Assembly (NCBI GenBank): GCA_044448845.1 | Contig: JBIOHI010000001.1 | Coordinates: 1-40,799 of the forward strand | From: Bacteroidia bacterium | Lineage (GTDB): Bacteria; Bacteroidota; Bacteroidia; UKL13-3 | Reading direction: 5' to 3' | DNA: 40,799 nt | Shown here: positions 17,245 to 25,695 of the stretch, one piece after another | Numbering within the stretch: the first letter of the stretch is position 1 | Layout of the letters: the number at the start of each line of letters is the position of its first letter | The notes under the pieces: model-generated | Seen by the model: the letters and a program-made list of their open reading frames with translations, nothing else | What the model was told of the DNA's origin: nothing | The model's database searches: none | Position numbers and translations under genes: made by a program

Positions 17245-18795
17245 TCAGTGGCTAATCTTCCCCGCACACCGTTCCCCGTCAATAGCTGCACTCACGATCC
17301 CTCCCGCATAACCGGCTCCCTCACCGCATGGGTACAATCCTTTGATCTTGATATGTTGCAACGTTTCTTTATCCCGAGGAATTCTAATTGGTGAAGAGGT
17401 TCTGGATTCTGTGGCAACCATAACTGCTTCGTTGGTTAAATATCCTTTCATTTTTTGTCCGAATATTTTCATTGAATCGCGAAGAGATGCAGCTATAAAA
17501 TCGGGCAGAACTTCATCAAGTACGGTACTCGTGATACCCGGAAAATAAGAACAATCCGGCAACGAATTCGAAACTTTTTTGTTCAGAAAATCCATCATCC
17601 GTTGCGCAGGTGCATTCAGACTTTTTGTTATTTCAAAACATTTTTGTTCCACCGATGATTGAAATTTCATCGCGGCAAGCGAACCGAATATTTCGAATTC
17701 TCTTATATCTTTTTGTTCAACAGAAACCACCAAACCCGAGTTTGCGAATATATTATTCCGTTTGCTCGGGCTCCACCCATTGACCACGATTTCTCCGGGT
17801 GAAGTGGCTGCCGGAGCAATGATCCCACCCGGGCACATGCAAAAAGAGAACACCCCTTTCCCGGCAGATTGATTGACGAGAGAATAATTTGCAGGTGGTA
17901 AATAATCCCCGCGCGAATCACACTTGTACTGAATAGAGTCGATCAGACTTTGCAGATGCTCGATCCGCACTCCGAGAGCAAATGGCTTAGCTTCAATGAA
18001 AATATTTTTTCTGAAAAGCAATTCAAATATGTCCCGGGCAGAGTGGCCGGTTGCGAGGATTAAGTTTGAAGTTTGAAGTTTAAAGTTTGAAGTTGTTTGA
18101 ATATTGGATATTTGAACTGCTTTAATTCTCCCATTCTCGATTTCAATATCCGTAAGCTTTGAATTAAAATGAATTTCACCACCGAAATGCAAAATGGTTT
18201 CACGGATGTTGGTGATGATCTGCGGAAGCTTGTTGGTTCCTATGTGAGGATGGGCTTCATACAGGATCCGTTCATCCGCTCCATGCTTCACCAGCAAACG
18301 TAAAATGCGGTTCACATCTCCGCGCTTGGTGGAACGCGTGTAGAGTTTCCCGTCACTGAAAGTTCCGGCTCCGCCTTCTCCAAAGCAATAATTCGATTCG
18401 GGATTGATCACATTTTCTCTCGTGATCTTTGCGAGATCAAATCTTCTCTCGCGAACATTTTTTCCTCTTTCAAACAGGATCGGTTTGATCCCTTTTTCCA
18501 AAAGTTTCAGCGCAGCGAAGAGCCCTGCCGGTCCGGCACCGATGATGACGGCATGAGGAGAATTACTTACATTCTTAAAATCAAAATCGAAATTTTCATT
18601 TGGTGGATTTTCATTTACAAACAGTTCGACCTGTAAATTGAAGTGAATGGGCTTTCGTCTTGCATCAAGTGACTTTCGTAAAATTTTTATTCCGGATATT
18701 TCGCTGAATCCGGATTTTTTTGCAACGGATATAAGTGTGGCGGTTTCATCAAAACACTCCTCAGGCATCAGGCTTATCTCAATTGTTTTTTTCAT
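17245..18795 (-). CDS. NAD(P)/FAD-dependent oxidoreductase (COG2509-like uncharacterised FAD dehydrogenase)
   Basis: Dinucleotide-binding 'AVIIGAGPAGLFAALKL'. 'ILATGHSARD' and a C-terminal 'CGEGAGYAGGIVSAAIDG' are typical of this family. Confidence 0.8.
   Translation of the reverse strand: MKKTIEISLMPEECFDETATLISVAKKSGFSEISGIKILRKSLDARRKPIHFNLQVELFVNENPPNENFDFDFKNVSNSPHAVIIGAGPAGLFAALKLLEKGIKPILFERGKNVRERRFDLAKITRENVINPESNYCFGEGGAGTFSDGKLYTRSTKRGDVNRILRLLVKHGADERILYEAHPHIGTNKLPQIITNIRETILHFGGEIHFNSKLTDIEIENGRIKAVQISNIQTTSNFKLQTSNLILATGHSARDIFELLFRKNIFIEAKPFALGVRIEHLQSLIDSIQYKCDSRGDYLPPANYSLVNQSAGKGVFSFCMCPGGIIAPAATSPGEIVVNGWSPSKRNNIFANSGLVVSVEQKDIREFEIFGSLAAMKFQSSVEQKCFEITKSLNAPAQRMMDFLNKKVSNSLPDCSYFPGITSTVLDEVLPDFIAASLRDSMKIFGQKMKGYLTNEAVMVATESRTSSPIRIPRDKETLQHIKIKGLYPCGEGAGYAGGIVSAAIDGERCAGKISH
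18063..18090. repeat. Heptamer tandem repeat (AGTTTGA x4, third copy AGTTTAA) inside the FAD-oxidoreductase CDS
   Basis: Direct reading: agtttgaagtttgaagtttaaagtttga, followed by agttgtttga. It lies in the segment encoding ...NIQTTSNFKLQTSNL... Confidence 0.9.
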
Positions 18796-18833
18796 GTCAG
18801 GGATTTATCCTAAAAATGTGGGAAACAAATGTC

Positions 18834-18862
18834 TTGAAAAATTCCCGCATTTTTTACATTTG
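18834..18862 (+). promoter_or_regulatory. Bacteroidota-type promoter candidate for the tkt N-half (-33 TTG / -7 TAnnTTTG)
   Basis: TTG at 18834-18836, an 18-nt spacer, then TACATTTG at 18855-18862. The ATG lies 21 nt downstream. Confidence 0.45.
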
Positions 18863-18883
18863 AGCCATTCACAAGGTTTTTTT

Positions 18884-19732
18884 ATGGCAGAAATTCAGGA
18901 GTTGAAAAACATTTCCATGCAGGTGCGAAGAGATATATTACGCATGGTACATGCATGCAAGTCAGGACATCCGGGTGGCTCGCTGGGCAGCGCTGATTTC
19001 CTGACAACACTTTATTTCCGTGTGATGGAGCATAATCCGAAATTTACGATGGACGGTAAAAATGAGGATATTTTCTTTTTATCCAACGGGCATATTTCAC
19101 CACTTTTTTACAGTGTGCTTGCGCGTTCCGGATATTTTCCCCTTGAAGAATTAAAAACTTTCCGGAAATTAAATTCCCGTTTACAGGGACATCCGGCAAC
19201 AGCCGAACACCTTCCGGGAGTGAGAGTGGCATCAGGTTCCCTCGGCCAGGGAATCTCGGTTGCTGCCGGAGCTGCACTTGCAAAAAAATTAAACGGGGAT
19301 AAAAAACTGGTTTACGCCCTGATGGGTGATGGCGAGATCCAGGAAGGCCAGTGCTGGGAAGCTTTTATTTTTGCAGCTCACCACAAAATTGATAATTTGA
19401 TCTTAACTATCGATTGCAACGGGCAGCAGATCGATGGAAAAACAAATGATGTTGCCGGAATTAATCCCCTCGGCATCGAGCAAATGGTGTGGGCTGCAGG
19501 CTGGGAAGTGCTGCAAATGAACGGACACGATTTTGAGAATATGATTGAAATGCTGGCGATGGCAAAATCGCTCACGGGGAAAGGAAAACCGATCTTCATC
19601 ATCATGAAAACGGAAATGGGACACGGAGTTGATTTCATGACGGGAACGCACAAATGGCACGGGGTTGCACCGAATGATGTGGAGCTGGAAAAGGCCTTGG
19701 CTCAGTTACCGGAAACGCTCGGAGACTATTGA
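18884..19732 (+). CDS. Transketolase, N-terminal (TPP-binding) half
   Basis: The ATG at 18884 gives 'MAEIQELKNISMQVRRDILRMVHACKSGHPGGSLG', then 'GDGEIQEGQCWEA'. The ORF-track extension back to 18647 overlaps the divergent upstream gene and is not credible. Confidence 0.9.
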   Translation: MAEIQELKNISMQVRRDILRMVHACKSGHPGGSLGSADFLTTLYFRVMEHNPKFTMDGKNEDIFFLSNGHISPLFYSVLARSGYFPLEELKTFRKLNSRLQGHPATAEHLPGVRVASGSLGQGISVAAGAALAKKLNGDKKLVYALMGDGEIQEGQCWEAFIFAAHHKIDNLILTIDCNGQQIDGKTNDVAGINPLGIEQMVWAAGWEVLQMNGHDFENMIEMLAMAKSLTGKGKPIFIIMKTEMGHGVDFMTGTHKWHGVAPNDVELEKALAQLPETLGDY

Positions 19733-19737
19733 AAAGG

Positions 19738-19772
19738 TTTGGAGTTTGATGTTTAGCGTTTGGTGTTCGGAT
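19738..19772. repeat. Degenerate heptamer tandem repeat (GTTTGNN-like x5) just after the tkt N-half stop
   Basis: gtttgga gtttgat gtttagc gtttggt gttcgga. It begins 6 nt after TGA 19730-19732. Confidence 0.75.
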
Positions 19773-19852
19773 AACTAAAAACTGATAAACTTTAACTAAT
19801 AACCAATAACTAAAAACCCGGATTTATAAGTTTTGAGTTTGATAAAAAAAGT

Positions 19853-21283
19853 TTGAAAATAAATACAAGATACCATTCATTTTTTGATTTCAGAATCTCT
19901 CTGCGAAAATTTTCTTTTTCTCATTCCAAAATATTTTTGATTTTATTTTTGATTTTATTTTTGATTTCACAATCGTTCGCTCAAAAACCACGAACACGCA
20001 TTTTATTTTTACTGGATGCATCGGGCAGTATGTATTCACAAATGGGAAATTCCACGCGCATCATCGTTGCAAAAAAAATGCTCAACAATTTAATGGATAG
20101 CCTGAAACTTGCCAAAGACGTGGAAGTAGCGTTACGCGTTTACGGACACACGAGTCCGCCAAACCGCAGGGATTGCCATGACACAAGACTGGAAGTTCCG
20201 TTCAAACCCAATAATTATGAGGAAATAAAAAAGCGCGTGGAAGCCATTAAACCGAAAGGAACTACTCTGATCGCTTATTCGTTGCAAATGTCGGCAGGAG
20301 ATTTTCCGAAAGATCCCGGAGTACGAAATGTAGTAGTATTGATCACCGATGGGATTGAAGAATGTGAAGGCGATCCGTGCACCGTTTCCGAAGCTTTGCA
20401 AAGCAGCGGAGTGATCCTTCGTCCGTTCATCATAGGTTTGGGAAGCACGGCCGAATTCCGTAAAGCATTTGAATGCGTGGGAAGATATTACGATGCGAAC
20501 ACCGAAGAAAGTTTTAATGAAGTGCTGAACGTGGTCGTAAGCCAGGCTTTGAACACCACCACGTGCCAGGTAAACCTGCTGGATATTTACAGTAAACCTA
20601 CTGAATCAAATGTGGCGATGAGTTTTTATGATATGCATTCCGGGCAATTGATGTACAACTTTATGCATACGATCAATGAAAAAGGAAATCCGGATACGCT
20701 GATCCTTGATCCCATTTACAAATACAGGATGGTGGTACACACTATTCCTCCGGTAGTGAAAGAAAATATCGAAATCACTCCGGGCAAACACACCATCATC
20801 GGGGTGGATGCCGCGCAAGGAATGTTGCAGTTGAAATTGGTGGGACAAACCAATTATTCGGAACTTAAATTTTTAGTGAAGCAACATAATAAATCCACCA
20901 CACTCGAAGTTCAGGATGCAAATGAAATCGAAAGATACCTCGTGGGCGAATATGATCTTGAAATTTTAACACTCCCGAGAATTTATGAGAAAGGAGTTAA
21001 AATAAAACAGAACCATACAGCCACGGTAGAAATTCCTCAACCCGGCAAATTGATCGTTACCGCGCTCACTCAACCCTACTATGCCGATATTTATAAAATG
21101 AACCGGAACGAACTCGAGTGGGTTTGTAACCTTCCGGTGGACACAAAAGTTCACAACCTGATCATGCAACCCGGTTTTTACAAGATCATTTACCGGATGA
21201 AAGGAGCTTACCGTTCGAACCAAACCTTCGAACGTGATATCGAAATTAAATCGGGTTCGGCAACAAATTATACATTGAATTAG
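19853..21283 (+). CDS. Secreted von Willebrand factor type A (VWA) domain protein with C-terminal beta-rich repeats
   Basis: Hydrophobic signal core KIFLILFLILFLISQSFAQ. Intact MIDAS 'LLDASGSM', 'GTTLIAYSL', 'LITDGIEEC'. There is no in-frame ATG before the MIDAS motif. The annotated start is TTG 19853, so the start is uncertain. Confidence 0.75.
   Translation: MKINTRYHSFFDFRISLRKFSFSHSKIFLILFLILFLISQSFAQKPRTRILFLLDASGSMYSQMGNSTRIIVAKKMLNNLMDSLKLAKDVEVALRVYGHTSPPNRRDCHDTRLEVPFKPNNYEEIKKRVEAIKPKGTTLIAYSLQMSAGDFPKDPGVRNVVVLITDGIEECEGDPCTVSEALQSSGVILRPFIIGLGSTAEFRKAFECVGRYYDANTEESFNEVLNVVVSQALNTTTCQVNLLDIYSKPTESNVAMSFYDMHSGQLMYNFMHTINEKGNPDTLILDPIYKYRMVVHTIPPVVKENIEITPGKHTIIGVDAAQGMLQLKLVGQTNYSELKFLVKQHNKSTTLEVQDANEIERYLVGEYDLEILTLPRIYEKGVKIKQNHTATVEIPQPGKLIVTALTQPYYADIYKMNRNELEWVCNLPVDTKVHNLIMQPGFYKIIYRMKGAYRSNQTFERDIEIKSGSATNYTLN
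19933..19968 (+). repeat. 12-nt tandem repeat x3 encoding the signal-peptide core of the VWA protein
   Basis: atttttgatttt atttttgatttt atttttgatttc encodes the reiterated FLIL core (FLILFLILFLIS). Confidence 0.9.
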
Positions 21284-21329
21284 GTTGAAGGAAGACTGGT
21301 TGATAAGTTAATAGGTTAATAAAATAAAA

Positions 21330-22283
21330 ATGAAAACATACGAGGTACAAAATGTAAAAGACACGCGATCCGGATTTGGAGCGGGTTTGCACGAATTGGG
21401 AAAAACAAATGAAAATGTGGTTGCACTTTGTGCGGACCTGATCGGCTCGCTGAAGATGGATGCATTTCAAAAAGATTTTCCTGAACGTTTTTTCCAATGC
21501 GGAGTGGCGGAAGCAAATATGATGGGTGTGGCGGCAGGTTTAACGATCGGGGGAAAAATTCCTTTTACCGGAACATTCGCGAATTTTTCAACAGGTAGAG
21601 TGTATGACCAGATCCGTCAGTCGGTTGCTTACTCCAATAAAAATGTGAAGATCGCTGCATCGCATGCCGGGTTAACTTTGGGCGAAGACGGTGCCACGCA
21701 TCAAATATTGGAAGATATCGGGTTAATGAAAATGCTGCCGAATATGGTGGTGATCAATCCTTGTGATTACAACCAGACCAAAGCAGCAACGATGGAAATC
21801 GCAAAACATATTGGCCCGGTCTATTTGCGCTTCGGAAGACCGGCTGTTCCGAATTTTACTCCGGCTGATCAAAAATTTGAGATCGCGAAAGCAATTTTAT
21901 TAAATGAAGGAACCGATGTTTCTATTTTTGCAACGGGACATTTGGTTTGGAAAGCCATTGAAGCCGGGCATATTTTAGCAGGGAAAGGAATCAATGCCGA
22001 GATCATAAATATTCATACCATCAAGCCGCTGGATGAACTAGCCATTTTAAATTCCGCGAAAAAAACACGCTGCGTGGTAACTGCCGAAGAACACCAGATG
22101 AACGGTGGGCTGGGTGAAAGTATTTGTGGATTGCTGTCGCGCAATTTACCGACACCTTTGGAAATGGTTGCTGTAAATGATTCTTTCGGTGAAAGCGGAA
22201 CGCCCGATGAACTCATGAAAAAATACCACCTCGACACACCCGATATTGTGGAGGCGGTGATGAAGGTGTTGAAAAGGAAATAA
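21330..22283 (+). CDS. Transketolase, C-terminal (pyrimidine-binding + C-terminal domain) half
   Basis: '[27 protein letters not shown]...[22 protein letters not shown]' is typical of split-transketolase B subunits. Confidence 0.9.
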   Translation: MKTYEVQNVKDTRSGFGAGLHELGKTNENVVALCADLIGSLKMDAFQKDFPERFFQCGVAEANMMGVAAGLTIGGKIPFTGTFANFSTGRVYDQIRQSVAYSNKNVKIAASHAGLTLGEDGATHQILEDIGLMKMLPNMVVINPCDYNQTKAATMEIAKHIGPVYLRFGRPAVPNFTPADQKFEIAKAILLNEGTDVSIFATGHLVWKAIEAGHILAGKGINAEIINIHTIKPLDELAILNSAKKTRCVVTAEEHQMNGGLGESICGLLSRNLPTPLEMVAVNDSFGESGTPDELMKKYHLDTPDIVEAVMKVLKRK

Positions 22284-22308
22284 ATTAAGAATGCAGAATT
22301 AAGAATTT
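22283..22308. repeat. Left arm of an imperfect ~25-bp inverted repeat (AATTAAGAAT-GCAG-AATTAAGAAT)
   Basis: The reverse complement, aattcttaattctgcattcttaatt, matches 22518-22542 at 22 of 25 positions by hand alignment. Confidence 0.6.
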
Positions 22309-22517
22309 CTTTGATGAAACTTATTAACTCTTTAAACTCAAAAGCAAAATGAGTAAAATAGTAATTGCATTAACAATTTTAATTTCATTACCCAACATAT
22401 TTAAAACTCTATAATATTTCTCGCAAAGGCACAATGACCGCAAAGTTTATTTTTACCCTTTGCAAACTCTTGTGTGAAAAATAATATCCTGTGTCCTGTA
22501 TTAAGCATGCGGCATCC

Positions 22518-22542
22518 AATTCTTAATTATTCATTCTTCATT
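22518..22542. repeat. Right arm of the inverted repeat (AATTCTTAATTATTCATTCTTCATT)
   Basis: See the left arm. The two arms enclose about 210 bp of the tktC-sulP spacer. Confidence 0.6.
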
Positions 22543-22613
22543 ATTAATTTCTGAATTGTTTTCTGATTTTTTTTCCTTTTATTTACATCCTCATCGGCAA
22601 AACAAATTGGCGC

Positions 22614-24320
22614 ATGAATTATTTTAAGGAATTGCATACTGGAAAAAGAAGGTACATACCTGCTTCGCTTTGGCTTGATGGTTATTCATTAAAAATTTTC
22701 GGCAGTGATACCATTGCAGGAATAACGCTTGCTGCCTACGCGATACCTGTTTCTCTTGCTTACGCCACCCTGGCAGGTTTACCTCCGCAATACGGGATTT
22801 ACGGATATTTATTGGGAGGGATTTTTTACGCCATGGTTGGCACCAGCCGTCACCTGGCAGTTGGTCCCACTTCAGCAATTTCACTTTTGATCGGAACCAC
22901 GATTTCGGGAATGGCCAATGGTGATATTCAACGCTGGGCGGATATCGCTTCACTCACTGCTTTTGTTTTTGCGGCTTTGAGCGTGCTGGCGTATTTACTT
23001 AGGCTGAGCAGCATAATCAATTTCATCAGCGAAAATGTACTGCTTGGATTTAAAGCAGGCGCTGCCATCACCATCGGATTAACTCAATTACCAAAATTAT
23101 TCGCAGTGCCGGGTGGCGGAAAAAATGTGTACGAACGGGTTGAAAGTTTAATTCTTCAGTTACCTCAAACCAATCTTTATGTTTTCCTTTTTGGTTTAAG
23201 CGCCATCGCATTGATTTATTTCGGGCAAAAAATATTTCCCGGCAAACCTATCGCCATTTTGATTGTGATTGCTTCCATCATCATCGTTTTACTCACCACC
23301 ATTGATGATCACGGTTTCCAGATCGTGGGGCCATTGCATGCAGGTTTACCTGAGCTATATATTCCTTCCCTTCATATCAATGAAATTGAAAGTGTTGTTC
23401 CGCTTGCCTTCGCCTGTTTCCTGCTGGCGTACGTAGAGAGTGTTTCGGCAGCAAAAGCACTCGCACAAAAGAACGGATACGAAATTGATCCACGGCAGGA
23501 ATTACTCGCCATTGGGTTAGCCAATCTTGCCACAGCTTTCGGGCATGGTTACCCGATCAGCGGAGGATTATCTCAATCGGCAGTAAATGACCGAGCCGGG
23601 GCAAAAACACCCATGTCACTGGTAATGGCTTCGCTTACTATTGCGCTTTGTTTGCTTTTTTTAACCGGTATGTTAAAAGACTTACCCCTCGTCATTCTTG
23701 CTGCTATTGTTTTGGTAGCAATCGGAGGACTGGTTGACGTGAAGGAATTCATTCGTTTGTTCAGGGTTAACCGTTTTGATTTCGGCATCGCCATGGTGGC
23801 GTTGATTAGCGTGGTAATCTTTGGGATCCTTTGGGGTGTGGTGATCGCAGCATTGGCTTCCCTGCTTTTAATTATCCGGATCGTATCCAATCCGCATGTG
23901 GCATTTCTTGGAAGAATTCCGGGAACGAAACGATATACCGATCTGAAACGGCATCCCGACAATGAAAGCATTCCGGGTGTTTTATTATTCAGGGTGGAGG
24001 CTCCTTTGCTTTATTTCAATGTATCAACCGTTTACAATAACATTATGTTGAAAATAAAATCAATGGACTCGTCCATAAAAATGGCGATCTTCGATCTGAG
24101 CACCTCTGCTTATATTGATTCATCAGGAGCAAAATTTATAAAAAAACTTTACCTTGATCTTCATGAAAGAGGTATTGCTTTAAAAATTTGCGAAGCGCAT
24201 TCAGAGGTAAGGGATATTCTCCGTTATGAAGATATTGAGCATTTGATCGGGCATGTCAGCCGGAGGGACTCTCTGGACGAAATAGTGAATGCGGTTTCGT
24301 TGCCGGAAGGAACTGAATAA
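22614..24320 (+). CDS. SulP-family anion transporter (sulfate permease family) with C-terminal STAS domain
   Basis: Polytopic membrane protein. It has 'AYATLAGLPPQYGIYGYL' near the N-terminus and a soluble C-terminal STAS-like region (~aa 440-560). Confidence 0.9.
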   Translation: MNYFKELHTGKRRYIPASLWLDGYSLKIFGSDTIAGITLAAYAIPVSLAYATLAGLPPQYGIYGYLLGGIFYAMVGTSRHLAVGPTSAISLLIGTTISGMANGDIQRWADIASLTAFVFAALSVLAYLLRLSSIINFISENVLLGFKAGAAITIGLTQLPKLFAVPGGGKNVYERVESLILQLPQTNLYVFLFGLSAIALIYFGQKIFPGKPIAILIVIASIIIVLLTTIDDHGFQIVGPLHAGLPELYIPSLHINEIESVVPLAFACFLLAYVESVSAAKALAQKNGYEIDPRQELLAIGLANLATAFGHGYPISGGLSQSAVNDRAGAKTPMSLVMASLTIALCLLFLTGMLKDLPLVILAAIVLVAIGGLVDVKEFIRLFRVNRFDFGIAMVALISVVIFGILWGVVIAALASLLLIIRIVSNPHVAFLGRIPGTKRYTDLKRHPDNESIPGVLLFRVEAPLLYFNVSTVYNNIMLKIKSMDSSIKMAIFDLSTSAYIDSSGAKFIKKLYLDLHERGIALKICEAHSEVRDILRYEDIEHLIGHVSRRDSLDEIVNAVSLPEGTE

Positions 24321-24338
24321 TAATTTCAGTCAGTTATT

Positions 24339-25460
24339 TCAATACTCCACTTCCACAATGTAAATAAACTTGCTGAGTGTTTTTACTTTTTCGCTCAGCG
24401 GTTTTGCTGCCAGTGAATTGGTGGCGGGCATTTTTACTTTCACAGGCAGGGCATCCATCAGGTTTTTGAGATAGCCTGATTTTGTACAATGACTTGAACT
24501 CTCGGTACCTTCTTTATTGGTAGCGATAACTCCCACCAAAGCCCCGTTCTTGTCGAATACCGGTCCACCAAGATTTCCCTGTTGCATCGGAACATTAATC
24601 TGAAACGAAGCGATGTCGCCCTGGTAACCTAATTTTGAAGTGACAATACCATTGGCAAGTTTCACTTCATCACCTGTGGCAGCGGTAAGCGGATAAGCCA
24701 GAACAAAAACCTCTTTACCCGCGTCAGGTGGAGTGTTGTTCATGAAAATGGGACAGGTGATTTTTGTACTGGTATCTTCAAAACTCAAAATGGCAATGTC
24801 ATTATTTTTATCTGATTGCTTCAAAACTGCGTTATACGAAGTTCCGAAGTCGCCTTTCACTCCTTTTATTTTTATCGATCTTGCTTTTTCAACTATATGG
24901 TAATTGGTCACGATATAATATTTGTTGATCAAAAAACCGGTGCATTTGGCAGAATTAGGATGTGCCGCCCTTTCTTTATCAATATCTGCCTGGGTGGGTA
25001 GCGTTTTTTCGAAATAATAACTTTCCACCGTTCCGTCATCGGCTTTGCCTTTCGGTTTTTCCTTCTTCACCTTAAAATTGGTTTCATCAATAAATTCAAT
25101 TGGTTTTGGAGACCACTCGTAAAGCTTCACATCGTAGGTGTTCAGGTATTCCACTTTGGTGATTGTCATGAAAGACTTGGCAATAACTTCCCGGGTGTCT
25201 TCCTTTATCCAGTATGCAGAATAATTGTTACCATTTAGAACAATGACCACTTTTTTAGGGGCCACCGGTAACTTTTGAGGAGTATTGTTTCCTGACTGGG
25301 AATAGGAAGTACATTTATATACTCCTTCGATCTTATCCACCGTGAGGAGGTTGTTCTTAAAATAATTGTAAACTTCTTCTTCGGTTTTAAGAACCTGGGA
25401 GAAAAGGCTGGTATATGCTGTGAAAGCAACCAGTGCCAGAAGTATTTTTTTTATCCTCAT
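24339..25460 (-). CDS. Secreted trypsin-fold (S1/HtrA-like) protein lacking the catalytic serine (predicted pseudoprotease) with an unknown N-terminal domain
   Basis: Signal peptide MRIKKILLALVAFTAYTSLFSQ. His motif 'IVTNYHIV' and Asp motif 'NDIAIL' are present. The nucleophile motif reads 'GNLGGPVF' (codon CTT) instead of GNSGGP. Confidence 0.7.
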   Translation of the reverse strand: MRIKKILLALVAFTAYTSLFSQVLKTEEEVYNYFKNNLLTVDKIEGVYKCTSYSQSGNNTPQKLPVAPKKVVIVLNGNNYSAYWIKEDTREVIAKSFMTITKVEYLNTYDVKLYEWSPKPIEFIDETNFKVKKEKPKGKADDGTVESYYFEKTLPTQADIDKERAAHPNSAKCTGFLINKYYIVTNYHIVEKARSIKIKGVKGDFGTSYNAVLKQSDKNNDIAILSFEDTSTKITCPIFMNNTPPDAGKEVFVLAYPLTAATGDEVKLANGIVTSKLGYQGDIASFQINVPMQQGNLGGPVFDKNGALVGVIATNKEGTESSSHCTKSGYLKNLMDALPVKVKMPATNSLAAKPLSEKVKTLSKFIYIVEVEY

Positions 25461-25695
25461 GTCTGTAGTTTTAAAATTTGAGGGCGCTAATTTATACTTC
25501 TTGGCTAAATATTTAAATTTCTTTTTTGGGGAAAACGATGTTTGTGGGAATTTACTTGCTTCTGAATTTATCGCTGGAAATGAAGCCTACTTTTGATGGC
25601 CTTGGCAGTTGGAGGAATTTTATTCTTTGTTTATTTACTTCGCAGGTTCTGGCTTTTGTTTATTCATGGATTATGGCAATTAGCCTTTATCCGGT

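Noticed and set aside
18647-18883. N-terminal extension of the transketolase N-half ORF
   Set aside because: The extension overlaps the start of the divergent oxidoreductase gene and has no similarity to transketolase. The conserved N-terminus begins at ATG 18884, which has a good promoter motif upstream.
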